From Eledone cirrhosa (Eukaryota), in contig OZ024748.1 in assembly GCA_964016885.1 (NCBI GenBank), forward strand, positions 15,748,001-15,812,000: a stretch of 64,000 bases of DNA, in the 5' to 3' direction. Positions 1 through 14,689 of the stretch are shown here, piece by piece. The notes below the pieces were generated by a model that made no database searches, was not told the origin of the DNA, and worked only from the letters and a program-made list of their open reading frames with translations. A program made the translations under genes and the position numbers. Each line of letters starts with the position of its first letter. Position 1 is the stretch's first letter.

Positions 1-121
1 AGTGGTGGAGATGGTGATGATGGTGGTGATAATAGTGGTAATGACGATGGTGATGATGATGGTGACGATAATGATGATGATAATGATGGTGATGATAATG
101 ATGGTGATGATTATGATGGTA
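1..121. repeat. (GAT/GGT)n trinucleotide microsatellite
   Basis: Imperfect gat/ggt/aat triplets. Similar tracts at 3062-3271, 6390-6498, 10270-10476, 30396-30600 and 54841-55039 account for the poly-M/V/D/H/S ORFs. Confidence 0.95.
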
Positions 122-1394
122 ACTCAGAGGAAAAAAAAGGTAAAAAAAAAACTGACAAGTGAAGCCAAAGGGCATAAATCTTTTCACCTCGAGGATTATA
201 TCACAGAGCAGTGGGTTAAATTTCAGATTTATCATCTGAAGAACTTCTCTATTTCCTTTATCTATTTTACTGGGGATTCCTGATAAGAAATTTACCAATT
301 CAAAGAGAACACTTAAAAGATAAACAAACAAAAATAAGCAGCCAACAAACAAACAAAGCTGAGCTTAATGAATTGGTTTAATGTTTCAAAATGTCTTATA
401 AAAGATAAACTTTCAGCCGCTCTATCATAATACAGTTACAACTATTGATAGGAGTCGTTTTCTTCGCTAAACACTGATAAAGACAGTTCTTTTGTGAGAA
501 TTAAATTATCTTTCAATTAGAAATTAATTCCATTTTATTGGAAATTCTTCGTTCTTTCTTTTTTTTAAACAATAAATAAAGAAAAAAAATACCATAAGGA
601 ATAAATAAATAAAAACATTTAGTAGTCAAGAATTGAACCCACTATACCTTATTGAGGAGTCTGTGAGGTTTATTTGGGACTTTTTTATATTCTGTATAAC
701 ACTATGTGTGAGTGTGTGTATGTGTGTGAGAAAGAGTGTGTGATTTTACAGAATTTATGTATTTTATATGAATCTTGAAAATGAATGTTCCGTTTTCCTG
801 TTGGGAAGCCATCACAATCCAGATAACTATAAATAATAATTGGATAAATTGAGTAACGAACCCCTGAAGATAGAAAATTGGACAGAAATGCCAGCATAAT
901 CAAACTATGAAAAATAGAATTATTTATTTTACCAACACTTGTATTTTATTTAAATTCTTTTGTTCTAGTTTATAACATTTTAAATTAACCCTTTTCACAG
1001 GAAATAAGACACATAAAGAGGATGATTTTCTTAACTTTAAATATCACTGCTAGCAGAGAAAAAACTGAGTCCAACCCTTGGCAGCATTTTAGAATTGTGA
1101 GAGTCATACTTGTTTAGCAAATGACTTGATCTGAAACTATGTTGAAACTGAAGCAATTATATCATAGAAGAGTTATTTTAGACATTATTTAAAAAAGAAA
1201 ACAAATAAAAAAAGGTCATTATTTTTCATTTATTCCTAGGTTTCAAAATTCCCAATAGAAATGTTGACACTTCAGAAATGGAAATTAATCTAACAGTTTT
1301 TATGTTTTTTAAAATGGCTAAACTAATTCTTCGATGATGTAGGTGCTTGTTTTAAATTTTATTTACCATTCTCTAGTGCTAAAGATATGATAAA

Positions 1395-1840
1395 AAATTC
1401 ATACAGTACACTCTGTAAAGTGTTAGTCCTACTGACACGATAAAATGCACCCAGCACACACTCTAAAGTGGTAGTGTTGGTACCACAATAAAATACATCC
1501 AGTACACTCTGTAAAGTGTTAGTCCTATGGACATGGTAAAATGCACTCAGCACCCCATCAAATTCTGTGAAGTGGTAGCACTGGTGCCATGTTAAAATTC
1601 CCCGAGTACACTCCATAAAATGTTAGTCCTATGGACAAGATAAAATGTACCAAGCACCCCAACACATTCTGTGAAATAGTAGCATGGGTGCCATGTTAAA
1701 ATTCCCCTTTGTAAAGTGGTCAACATCAGGAAGGGCATTCAGTCATAGAAATCAAGCCAAAAATAGTGCATAAGAGCAAGATGAGGGTCTCCAACCAGAC
1801 TGTGATGACTCATCCAACCCATGCCAGTAAAATGGTGATG
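1395..1840 (+). mobile_element. Degenerate SINE/RTE-tail element with tandemly reiterated 'cacccagtacactctgtaaagtg' core
   Basis: About 6 diverged copies of the core motif, then 'aggaagggcattcagtcatagaaa...cccatgccag..gatgttaaa', the 3' tail shared with the SINE-B family. Confidence 0.6.
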
Positions 1841-2329
1841 TTAAACTTTTACATTTGTAAGTTTTTGAAATCTTCCCCACTTAAGATATTGCTAGATTTC
1901 AATAGTTTCCAATTTCTTTTCTGAAGTATCGTATCCATTTCAAAAGAGAGCAGATTAGACTGACACGTGCAGGTGATAAGATATATTGTGGTAGTTTCTC
2001 ATTATATTTTCTAGATAGATATGAAAACTGAAGTATTTAAATGAAGAAGGATCTTTCAGAGTTATGTCATTCAAGTCTTTCTCAAGAGTATTATCAGTTT
2101 TGAAGAAGATGAAACCATTTTCAACAAGAAAGAGTAATGTGACTGCTAACTTAGAGAAAGGATAATCTACCTCCATTTTACAGCATACACACACTATTTC
2201 CAATTGTAAACCAAAATTGACATTACATTTAAGTCACTGAAATGAGCTATGCTTCAACTATCATCAAGGGGAACACATTTGTATTCAATAAGATATATAA
2301 TTTGGAAACATAAGGTTTGCTAAATAATT

Positions 2330-2512
2330 GTTTCTACTTTAGGCACAAGGCCAGCAATTACCCAGTGCATTACTGTTACTTTATTTTATCGACCCCGTAA
2401 GGATGAAAGGCAAAGTCAACCTCGGCGGGATTTGAACTCAGATCGTAAAGGGACGTAACTATGCTGGAAAGCATGGCATCCGACATTCTACCGATACTGC
2501 CAATCCACCACC
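2330..2512 (-). mobile_element. SINE family A (tRNA-like head, Deu/Nin-domain-like core)
   Basis: Reverse complement has A-box 'tggcagtatcgg', B-box 'gagttcaaatcc' and core 'gcctttcatccttacggggtcgataaaataaagta'. More than 15 related copies occur in the window. Confidence 0.9.
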
Positions 2513-3449
2513 TAGGTTTGTTAAATAATGAACAAATATTGCATGTGAAAAATGTACTGATGCTGATTAAAACCAAATATAGTTAGAATATTTAAATATC
2601 TATGTGGAAACTTGTTTAATAATATTTCTGAAATATTTCATTGAATTCTGAACAAGATTTGGTAGGCTTATGAAGCAACAGGAAATAAAAATTGTAAATA
2701 TAATTGCCTCAATACAGATAATTATAATAGTTAATATCTATCATATCAATAAAATTTATACAAACTTCAGATTTGAATACAATAAGTGGAATAGTGATTA
2801 GAATACAACAATCTAAACTTAAGTATAGTTATACTGTGTATCTGAGTGTCACCAGAGGTGATTAAAATGGTTGGCAACAAACAGCAAGGGCATCTGGCCA
2901 TAATACACTGCTCCAGAAAAATCTGTCCAACCCATGCTAACATTGTTAAATAAGACGTGAAATGATAGAGATGAATAATCAGTTTAAAATTCATTAAAGA
3001 TGCCACAAACTTTCTTATTAACAGATACATGGAAAAAACAAGCAAAAAAACCCCCAACAAATAACGATGATGGTGATGGTAATGATGGTGATGGTAATGG
3101 TGGTGATGGTGATGGTGGTGATGGTAATGGTGATGATGGTAATGATGGTGGTAATGATAGTGTTGATGGTGATGATGGTGATGTTGGTGGTCATGGTGGT
3201 TACTGTAATGAAGGAGGTGATGGTAATGAAGATGATGGTGCTGATGGTGATGTTGGTGGTGGTAATAATGAAGCAATTTCACACCACTTACAATTTAATG
3301 TGTCTTTGTTAAGCTAATATTCCTATCATAAATTGGAAACTAAGCAAACAAAAAAATAAAAATAAAAAAAACCAACGACTTTTCATCATCAACATTCTTT
3401 TTTTAATTATCTGGACACTCAACTTTAATCATCATCATTACTTCTTTAG

Positions 3450-3785
3450 AGTAATGTTACTCAATAAACTTCATAGCTCAGAAATCTGAGAGTCACTCCA
3501 GGTAGCGCCACTACGTCTCCGAATTGAGAGATCACAGCTTTGATACTATAGGCTTGTGGTTAGAATGTCTCAGAAAAGAATCACTGGACAGATTTTATGG
3601 GCAAAACCAACCGGCAAGAGACCCAGGGGTAGACCCCAAGCAAGATGGTTGGATAACATCCATGAGGTTGGCTGGTCCCGCTCGGGGATCCAGTCAGATC
3701 AGTGAGAGATGGTTGCTTCTGACAGCACCCGCTGGAAGAAGTGTTTAAGGACTGCCCCCCACAACCCTCTCAAGAAGAAGATCAT
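3450..3785 (+). mobile_element. RTE-clade LINE 3' end (decayed ORF2 C-terminus)
   Basis: Translates as PLRLRIERSQL*YYRLVVRMSQKRITGQILWAKPTGKRPRGRPQARWLDNI...ASDSTRWKK with in-frame stops. G.RPRGRP..RW.D is typical of RTE ORF2 C-termini. Confidence 0.85.
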
Positions 3786-4089
3786 CATTGTTTAACATCC
3801 AGTTTATAGACTATCGTCATCATCATCATTCTGTTTTCCATGACAAGATAGGTTGGATAGCAGCTTCAGCTTGAATCTATATTCAGAGTTACAATACTTC
3901 TAAACCAATTAGAGGACCTTGTTTCACTCATATGCTCATTTTGTGGCATGATGTATATAGTTGGATGCCCTTCTTTAACACGAACCACCCTATAGCGGGT
4001 ACTGCTGGTTTTATTGTAGCCCCAGTACTAGAGAAGTTACCATCACCTTGACATAACTACAGAATCATGTCGATACTACTTTATCTTTA

Positions 4090-4416
4090 CTTCACCACCA
4101 ACCCATTTACAGAGTGTACTGGGTGCATTTGAAGTTTATAAAGTCCTCAACATGACTACAGCGTCTTTATGATACGTTATCTCCACCAGAGCACCAACCA
4201 CTTTAGAGAGTGTACTGGGTACATTTACCAAAGTACCAGCATAAGAAAGGGTATCAAATCCTCAACATGACTACAGAGTCCCTCTCCATGATACTTGATT
4301 CCCATTTGATTGCCAACCACTTTACAGAGTGTACTTGGTGCATTTATCATGGTATCTTTTATCATGGTAGCATTTATCATGGTAGCATTTATCATGGTAG
4401 CATTTATCATGGTAGC
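4090..4416 (-). repeat. Degenerate tandem copies of SINE core motif plus 15-bp tandem repeat
   Basis: Three 'accaaccactttacagagtgtactgggtgcattt' units, then about 5 copies of 'catttatcatggtag'. Confidence 0.75.
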
Positions 4417-5197
4417 TCTAGAAATGTTGCCTTGTCCTCTGCGATAATATTTTTCTAATGTACTTTTAATTCCCATTGCCAGAAATATATAATATACATG
4501 GATATATTAGAAGCATTCCTTGTCTTTATTGATATAATGTAATGGCAGTGATCCTGGTTGAACAGTCTTAAAGGTTTTCTTCCTAAGAAACAACAACAAG
4601 ACAATGAAACTTTATTTAATTCAGTTCAGTTCAGGATATAAAAACAATATCTGAACTCTACAATTTCTTTTTCATTCTCACATACTGTGATGATTGTAGT
4701 TTAAACTAGCCCATTATTTATTTATTAGCGTTTTAGTATTCTATGTACTGTAACACTATGTAAATCATCATAGCAGGTTCAATAATGCAAATAAATAGAA
4801 ATAGTCATTATCAAATAAAATATTAATAGGAAAGAAAAGACACCATAGAAATTTCCATTGAAGCAAATGTGTCTGACAATTATCCAAATGAAGCTTAGTA
4901 AAATAAATGATTCTTTATATTTTATTGGTATTGGCATTCTAGGCTAAATTATAGCCAACATACAATGTAATAAGATTCTTCAACTGTTCCACTGAATTAC
5001 CATTTGACACTTCATTCTTAAATTACAGTCTTCACAGATCAAAAAGTAGCGAGGAGAGTAGGATAGAACTGTTTAAATTTATTAAAACATTAAATGTTCA
5101 AATCTAACCTATTCCTTTTAATGTTTAGAACCTCAATTTAAACTATAGTACCAGTATAAAATCTAATAAGATTCTTCAAACGTTATTTTTTTCCTGT

Positions 5198-5384
5198 GGG
5201 CGGTGGATTGGCAGTATCGGTAGAGGGTCGGACGCCATGCTTTGACGCATAGAGTTACGGCCCTTGCCATTCTGAGTTCAAATCCCGCCGAGGTTAACTT
5301 TGCCTTTCATCCTTACGGGGTCGATAAAATAAAGTACCAGTAATGTACTGGGTAATTTCTGGCCTTGTGCTAATAGTAGAAACA
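5198..5384 (+). mobile_element. SINE family A, full length, 16-bp TSD
   Basis: A/B boxes and core as above. Direct repeat gttatttttttcctgt at 5182-5197 and 5385-5400. Confidence 0.93.
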
Positions 5385-5489
5385 GTTATTTTTTTCCTGT
5401 TATTTTCTTTGTCATTTTTTCAATTATCATTTAGCATGTCTTTAACTCTTTTAATACCTAACTGCCTGAAATTACCTCTGGTTCTTCAC

Positions 5490-5745
5490 CCACGTATTCC
5501 CAGGAGGGTCATGTAGGCAGAGTCCTCAAACACTCCTTCCAGCAGGTCTTGTCAGAAGCAATCATCTACAACAGATGGATCCCCAAGCAAGACCAGTTGA
5601 ACTCATGAATGTTATCCAGCCATCTTGCTCGGGCTCTATCTCTGGGCCTCCTGCAAGTTGGTTAACCCTGTAAAATCTGTCCAGTAGTTCTTTCCTGAGA
5701 CATGTCCATAATGTTAAAGCTGTGTTCAATCAATTGGTTCTATGA
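5490..5745 (-). mobile_element. RTE LINE 3' fragment
   Basis: Reverse complement resembles 3520-3780 (tgttatccagccatcttgct, aaaatctgtccagt, tttcctgagacat). Confidence 0.75.
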
Positions 5746-6719
5746 GATAAAACTATATATTTTAATGTGTTTTTTTTTTATTTATCTAAAAGCCTTCCAT
5801 CAAATCTGTACGCCAAAATAATCCTTTGTTATGCAGTGTCATTCATTAGAAATATGGCAATGAAACGGTTAAATTGCAGTTTTTGCAGACCAAAAAGTAC
5901 TAAAATGTACCTAGTACACTCTGTAAAGTGGTTGAAGTTAAAGTAATTGAGCTGGCTGTAGAAATCAGGACAAAATATGGAACATATGAGCAAGATATAG
6001 TTATCAGAATGTAATGTCTCAGCCAATCCATGCTAGCATGAAATGTGGACATGAAATGATGATGATGATGAATTCAAATTTCATTTCTCCAAGAAAACCC
6101 TGGTTATTACACATTACACATGTTTGATTCCTAGTTTTCTAGTCTTGGTCAATAAACTCTCTATTAGCAAACACAATTATTGGTCTTAACTAGCTAATAA
6201 TCTGTTATTCATGGTCATTAACAGATTATAACATGGATAACGGCTTCAAAATTGATGGAGACATCAAAGAATGATGGCATTTCCTTGAGCTGGGTGAGGA
6301 ATCTCACATCAAACATTAGCTTGAAGAAATTTGCTGACAGGCAACAGGCAGCAAGAACATTAAAGAATGCTTTGAATAAAACTTCCTACATCATCTTCAT
6401 CATCTTCTCCCTTATTGTCATTGTCATCATTTTCGTCATCATTGTCATCATCATCATCCTCATCATTATCATCATCCTCATCATTGTCATCATCATCAAG
6501 CAAGGAGCAAGGACTCTCTTCAGTGATGACAAGCTCTGGGCCATGCATACTGACTGACTATGGCTTTGACTCCCTGAGGTTCAAGCTTGGACAGGGTGTT
6601 TTCTGGAAGGGAAGGTTTAGTCCATGCATGCCCATCTCTCCTCTCCATGACACTGATGATGTTCACAGGAAAATCATAAGTTAATACAGCTCGACACTGG
6701 TGTTATAACTCAGATATTC

Positions 6720-9520
6720 ACTATATATATAGGCTATGTATACCCCATATATAGACTATGTACACTATATATACACCATATATACACTATATATACACCA
6801 TATATACACATCATATATACACCATATATACACATCATATATACACTATATATACACCATATATACACATCATATATACACTATATATACACTATATATA
6901 GACTATGTATACACCATATGTAGACTATGTATACACCATATATAGACTATGTATACACCATATATAGACTATGTATACACCATATATAGACTATATATAC
7001 ACCATATGTAGACTATATATACACCATATGTAGACTATGTATACACCATATGTAGACTATGTATACACCATATATAGACTATGTATACACCATATGTAGA
7101 CGATATACACCATATATAGACTATACATACACCATATATAGACTATGTATACACCATATATAGACTATGTATACACCATATATAGACTATGTATACACCT
7201 TATGTAGACTATGTATACACCATATATAGACTATGTATACACCATATATAGACTATATATACACCATATATAGACTATACATACACCATATGTAGACTAT
7301 ACATACACCATATGTAGACTATGTATACACCATATATAGACTATGTATACACCATATATAGACTATGTATACACCATATATAGACTATATATACACCATA
7401 TGTAGACTATGTATACACCATATGTAGACTATGTATACACCATATATAGACTATGTATACACCATATATAGACTATGTATACACCATATATAGACTATAT
7501 ATACACCATATATAGACTATACATACACCATATGTAGACTATACATACACCATATGTAGACTATACATACACCATATGTAGACTATGTATACACCATATA
7601 TAGACTATGTATACACCATATATAGACTATGTATACACCATATATAGACTATGTAGACACCATATATAGACTATGTATACACCATATATAGACTATGTAT
7701 ACACCATATATAGACTATGTATACACCATATGTAGACTATATATACACCATATATAGACTATACATACACCATATATAGACTATGTATACACCATATATA
7801 GACTATGTATACACCATATATACACCATATTTACACCATATATACACCATATATACACATCATATATACACTATATATACACCATATATAGACTATGTAT
7901 ACACCATATGTAGACTATGTATACACCATATATTGACTATGTATACACCATATATAGACTATGTATACACCATATATAGACTATGTATACACCATATATA
8001 GACTATGTATATACCATATATAGACTATATATACACCATATATAGCCTATACATACACCATATATAGACTATGTATACACCATATATAGACTATGTATAC
8101 ACCATATATAGACTATGTATACACCATATATAGACTATGTATACACCTTATGTAGACTATGTATACACCATATATAGACTATGTATACACCATATATAGA
8201 CTATGTATACACCATATATAGACTATGTATATACCATATATAGACTATATATACACCATATATAGACTATACATACACCATATGTAGACTATGTATACAC
8301 CATATATACACTATATATACACCATATATACACATCATATATACACTATATATACACCATATATACACTATATATACACCATATATACACATCATATATA
8401 CACTATATATACACCATATACAGACTATGTATACACCATATATAGACTATATATACACCATATGTAGACTATGTATACACCATATGTAGACTATGTATAC
8501 ACCATATATAGACTATGTATACACCATATATAGACTATGTATACACCATATATAGACTATATATACACCATATATAGACTATATATACACCATATATAGA
8601 CTATACATACACCATATGTAGACTATACATACACCATATGTAGACTATGTATACACCATATATAGACTATGTATACACCATATATAGACTATGTATACAC
8701 CATATATAGACTATGTATACATCATATATAGACTATGTATACACCATATATAGACTATGTATACACCATATATAGACTATGTATACACCATATGTAGACT
8801 ATATATACACCATATATAGACTATACATACACCATATATAGACTATGTATACACCATATATAGACTATGTATACACCATATATACATATATACACCATAT
8901 ATACACCATATATACACTATATATACACCATATATACACATCATATATACACTATATATACACCATATATAGACTATGTATACACCATATGTAGACTATG
9001 TATACACCATATATCGACTATGTATACACCATATATAGACTATATATACACCATATATAGACTATACATACACCATATATAGACTATGTATACACCATAT
9101 ATAGACTATCTATACACCATATGTAGACTATGTATACACCATATATAGACTATATATACACCATATATAGACTATGTATACACCATATGTAGACTATGTA
9201 TACACCATATGTAGACTATATATACACCATATATAGACTATGTATACACCATATATAGACTATGTATACACCATATGTAGACTATGTATACACCATATAT
9301 AGACTATATATACACCATATATAGACTATGTATACACCATATATAGACTATATATACACCATATATAGACTATGTATACACCATATATAGACTATGTATA
9401 CACCATATATAGACTATGTATACACCATATGTAGACTATATATACACCATATATAGACTATGTATACACCATATGTAGACTATATATACACCATATATAG
9501 ACTATGTATACAACATATAT
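6720..9520. repeat. 22-bp minisatellite, about 2.8 kb
   Basis: Unit agactatgtatacaccatatat, more than 100 copies, interrupted by blocks of 11-bp tatatacac(c/t)a units. Confidence 0.97.
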
Positions 9521-10009
9521 ACATTTGTCCAATCCAATCCAATCCTTCTCACTCCTGTTGGAGGAACCCCTCTCTTGTTGACCTCCACTGTTTTCTGTTT
9601 GGTTTTGGTCATGACAGGGATATAGCCATACTCACCTCACCTTGGCCAATTACAGGTTGGGGTGGATATATACATTATATATTATTTCGTTCAAGAGTAA
9701 AGCAAAGGTCGATAAACCTTGATATGTGTGTTGTCGCAACTCAGATATACACTATATACTATATATACACAGTATATACACTTTGTATACACAATATTTA
9801 TGCACCATGATATCTAAGAGAAGGAGAAAAAAGGGATACAGGGTGGCATTTGTGTTGTTGCAACATATTCTTTCCAGCTGAGTGAGCTGGAGCAATGTGA
9901 AATAAAGTTTCTTGTTCAAGAACACAACTCACCACCTGATCTGGGAATCCAACTCAGAACCTTGATCAACATCATCCTCATCCCTAGCCCCTCCTTCTCT
10001 TTTGCATTG

Positions 10010-10275
10010 TTGCTGGATAACATGAGAAGATATGGTGAGAACTGATCTCAGAGTACAGAATATCACAGAGGAAATGATGAAGGAATGTGGCAGATGGAGG
10101 GAAGCTGTAAAGGAGGAAGACCAAGGAAAACCTGAGCAGATAGGGCTGAGAGGTAATCTCATGTTGTGAACTTCACAGAAGATAGGACAAAGGAATGCAA
10201 CAAGTGTAGGTATTTTGTGATAGGGAAGAGGCATCACATCCATGCAAACATGGAATAAAAATACATAAATTGATA
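10010..10275 (+). mobile_element. Decayed RTE LINE 3' end (second family)
   Basis: 'atggagggaagctgtaaaggaggaagaccaaggaaaacctga' = MEGSCKGGRPRKT*, matching the G.GRPRKTW motif. Ends in 'catccatgcaaacatgga...' followed by a (GAT)n tail. Confidence 0.65.
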
Positions 10276-11768
10276 ATGGTAATGATGATGATGATGGTGG
10301 TGGTGGTGGTGGTGGTGGTGATGAGAGAGATGGTGGTGGTGATGATAATGGTGATGATAATGGTGATGATGGCGATAATGATAATGACGGTAATGATGAT
10401 GATGATGGTAATGATAATAATGACGATGGTAATGATGATGATGATGATGATGAGGATGATGATGATGACGACGATAAATTTAGCTTTTGTAGAAACACAC
10501 AAAGTATAGTCTCAAGGGCAAAAGCCAAAACAGCAATGGAAACAAAGGAAAAGAAACTGACCATGTTGAAAACATTGCTAGCACTGCCTGAGGGTTAATT
10601 AACTTGTTTAAGATCAGATGTTAAAGAAATCACTGACAAATACGACTCAGAAAACTATGTGCGCATTTAGTAAAAAGAAATTTAAAACATGAAAATGACT
10701 AATATCATTTGAGAGACTAATAATGAATAAGATGAACACTGTAACATTGTCTAAAAAATAAAAGTTATTTTTAATATGAATTGCCTAAGGCTAAATAAAA
10801 TATAATTTCTATTAAACCTTTGGGGGGAAGTCTTATACAATGTGATTGTCTCTTAGAGATTATAGAAGCAATTTTTAATTAAAATTGATTATGTTTCATT
10901 AGAGTAATTCTTATTTTCAAAGTTAGTGAATGTTTAATGTGCCAAATGAGAATAGTTGTAAAAATTGAGTCGAAATTGTAACTGTCATAATTTCAGTGCT
11001 TTATAGTTTAGTTTTCTATCTGCTAAAAAGACTTAGACATGGTCTAGTGGTCTAAGGGGTCTTGGGTCAGAGTGGATTGTCTAGTGGTTTAAGGGCATTT
11101 GGGCAATTACTGGAGGATCAGCTGGATACTGGACTGAGTTTTAAAAAAACATCTGCAATAAATGTCATGGAAACTAAGTCATAATTGCTGTACAAGGAGT
11201 GAAATAAAATTGAAAAATGCTTTATTTGAGCAGTAAACATCTCTGGCCCTTGGTAGCCTGTTAGTCAGTGTCACATCATTAGAGCAGTGAAACACACATC
11301 CAACCAGTACCCACTGAGTAACTGAATAGGGAAAGCATCCCTCTGGTTCTCAGGAATCAGTCAGTGTCTGCTTAGCTGAGCCATGAGCTCACACCTCTGG
11401 TCCACAGCAGTTTGGTAGTCAGTGTCACCTTAGCCATGAAATCACATCTCTGGTCCTCAGCACTCTGTTAATGTTGCCCAAATGCCTTGGCCAGTTTTAA
11501 GACCCAGTCAGCTTCTGGAGTTAAGTTTACAACCATAAGGCTTCATTCACAGATTGGGTGACTCACTGTGACTTTCGGCAAGGTATTTTATTTTATGTTG
11601 CTCCAGTTCACTTGGTTGAAATATAAATTACCTAAAACCAAAACTGCAGTCACCATGTATTTCTGATTTGCAGCCAGTGATGATGATAACTGGATGTTCA
11701 ACATTGTAACCAAATTGTAGTTGATATCCATTTAAAAAATCTTTTGACATGAGAAAAGTTGGATATCG

Positions 11769-11928
<160 letters not shown>

Positions 11929-13120
11929 GACCTCCATCAATTTTGACAATGAGTGTTCAGGTTGTTTTACAAATGAAACATCCTACTCATGAAATTAGCA
12001 TGCAAGTGACTGAGCATTCCACAGACATGTGTACCCTTATGTAGTTCTCAGTATGTGACAATGCTTTTGAAATACAGGTACCACTATATTTCCTATTTTT
12101 CCAAGGATACAACATGTCAATATGAAGAATCAAGCTCAACATCTTACAATTTGTGAGTCAACCAACTTCACCCTGAAGCCATCTGTTTCCAATACTTTTT
12201 GTAGTGCCCTTTTCAAGAACACATCATGACACTACCAAGAATCAAACTCAACACCTTGCAATTTATGAGTCCAGCAACTTCACCTCTAAGCCATGTGTCT
12301 CCAATACATCTTGTAATGCCTGTTATAACATGTAACCAAGTCTTGGGCTCAGTTCCAAATCTCAGCAAAAATGCTGGGAAATACATTAAAAAAAATTGTT
12401 GACAAGTAATTTTATTGGTTAATTCATGTAAACAACATTTACTGAACTGCTTTGAATAAATTATTGATGTCTTTTGATCTCTTTTGTCACAGACTGTACA
12501 AGAGAATTAAATGGCTGATACATACTATGAAGAGGTGTTAACATTCCCTGTCTTCCCAGAAATAATGTGAAGCTAGCTGGCTTTCTACAACACTGGCTAT
12601 ATTATATATATTAAAATTAAACTAGTGTTGCAAGTATGGCTGTGTGGTTAAGGAGTTTGCTTTGCAGCAAACATGATTTTAAGTTTGATTGCAGTTGTTA
12701 GACACCTTTGACAAATGTCTTATACTTGATGTCATCGCAGGAGTCTTTATCTGGTCACTTGACATGGTAGAAATAACAGCCAAATATACAACTTCTTTCA
12801 TTGACCAGACACTGTATATCTATTAATTATTGCAGAATTTGGAGGATCTACTCAATTATTTCATTATTAAGATTGTATTTGTAACACTGCATTTGTAATG
12901 CTGTTTAAAGGCTTCAGTCATTAAATTGTGGCTATGCTGGGGCACTAACCTGATTTAGTCGATCATACTGACAAGAGATAAGTCAACATAGAGCTACTGT
13001 AGAAGATACAAGCCCAAAGTGTCATGAAGTGTCATGAAGCAGAAGTAAACTCTTTAACCACACAGATTTATTTTTAAACATACTTTACTATATCCAGTTC
13101 AAGCGTTGGTAGAAGTTGAT

Positions 13121-13860
13121 AGAAGATAGAAGGTAGTATAAAGTTGTAGAAGGTAGTATAAAGTTGTAGAAGGTGGTATATGTTAGTAGAAGGTGGTAGA
13201 TGTTAGTAGAAGGTGGTAGATGTTAGTAGAAGGTGGTAGATGTTAGTAGAAGGTGGTAGATGTTAGTAGAAGGTGGTAGATGTTAGTAGAAGGTGGTAGA
13301 TGTTAGTAGAAAGTGGTAGATGTTAGTAGAAAGTGGTAGATGTTAGTAGAAGGTGGTAGATGTTAGTAGAAAGTGGTAGATGTTAGTAGAAAGTGGTAGA
13401 TGTTAGTAGAAAGTGGTAGATGTTAGTAGAAGGTGGTAGATGTTAGTAGAAAGTGGTAGATGTTAGTAGAAAGTGGTAGATGTTAGTAGAAAGTGGTAGA
13501 TGTTAGTAGAAAGTGGTAGATGTTAGTAGAAGGTGGTAGATGTTAGTAGAAAGTGGTAGATGTTAGTAGAAAGTGGTAGATGTTAGTAGAAAGTGGTAGA
13601 TGTTAGTAGAAAGTGGTAGATGTTAGTAGAAGGTGGTAGATGTTAGTAGAAAGTGGTAGATGTTAGTAGAAAGTGGTAGATGTTAGTAGAAAGTGGTAGA
13701 TGTTAGTAGAAAGTGGTAGATGTTAGTAGAAGGTGGTAGATGTTAGTAGAAGGTGGTAGATGTTAGTAGAAGGTGGTAGAACCTGGTAGACAGTTGCAGA
13801 ATATATTAGGTGGAAGAAGGTAGATAGTAGAAGATGGTAGAAGATGGTAGAAGGTGGTAG
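13121..13860. repeat. 20-bp minisatellite
   Basis: Unit a(g/a)gtggtagatgttagtaga, about 30 near-perfect copies at 13191-13780 with diverged edge units. Confidence 0.97.
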
Positions 13861-14689
13861 GTGACATGCTGAACCTTTCTGTGAACTACATTAAGAGTGC
13901 ATGTGTCTGGAATGCTCAGTCACTGACATCATTTTCCAAGCAGGTTGTTGCATTGATTTAACCACTGGAACACTTGTCATTAAAACCAACGAAGGTCCCA
14001 CACAGACACAACTAGCTATATCCATTAGAACAGCTTTATTATCAGTCAAATAACATTAATACACTTGCTTGCATATGTTCATATATTCTTCATAAAGAGT
14101 GATGTGATCATGCACAGAGATGCCATGAAATAGCTTATAAAATAGGATGGAAAAAGAAGATTCCATTGGCTACTAGAAGGAATCGAACCTTGTATCTCTC
14201 AGATACCTGCTACATGCTTTCAATTATTAAATTTGAGAAGCCATTTAAAAGAAACAACTACAACAAAACAACCTCTCCCCAATGACAAACATTATTATAA
14301 AGCTATACCTTTATGAATGCATGTATGGAATACTCCAGAGATATGATGCAGTTAAACTGACTCACTATTATTGTGGAAGCACATGCATGTCACACACCAA
14401 GGGACTGCCAATAATCTTTTGAACTATTCTTTTATTCTATCTTTGTTTGCTTCAAAGAATTTATTCTTTTGTAAATTTCCATTTTACTTTAGAAATAATT
14501 AAATGAACAAGAAAGAAATAGAAGAAGAAGTATATATAAAGTATACATATGAAATAGAAATGCTATTTTCTATATGTATTTAAATATTTTCCATAAATAT
14601 ATAACTAGATTTTGAAAATATGCATGTCTACTTATATTTAAAAAGCGCACTTGCATTAAATTATGTATTAATATCATGCATTTAATTCC

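Noticed and set aside
750-863. 114-nt - strand exon candidate (ttcag acceptor, gtaaaa donor)
   Set aside because: Two frames are open, the donor is weak, the peptide is unrecognisable and no partner exon was found.
2767-3317. His-rich and Gly/Asp-rich ORFs, also at 1-283, 6.3, 10.2 and 30.4 kb
   Set aside because: (GAT/GGT)n microsatellites, several continuous with retroelement tails, with no splice or homology support.
6210-6380. Start of the 101-aa ORF 6252-6557 as a host gene
   Set aside because: Looks like a frameshifted LINE reverse-transcriptase-region remnant running into an (ATC)n tract; too decayed to call.
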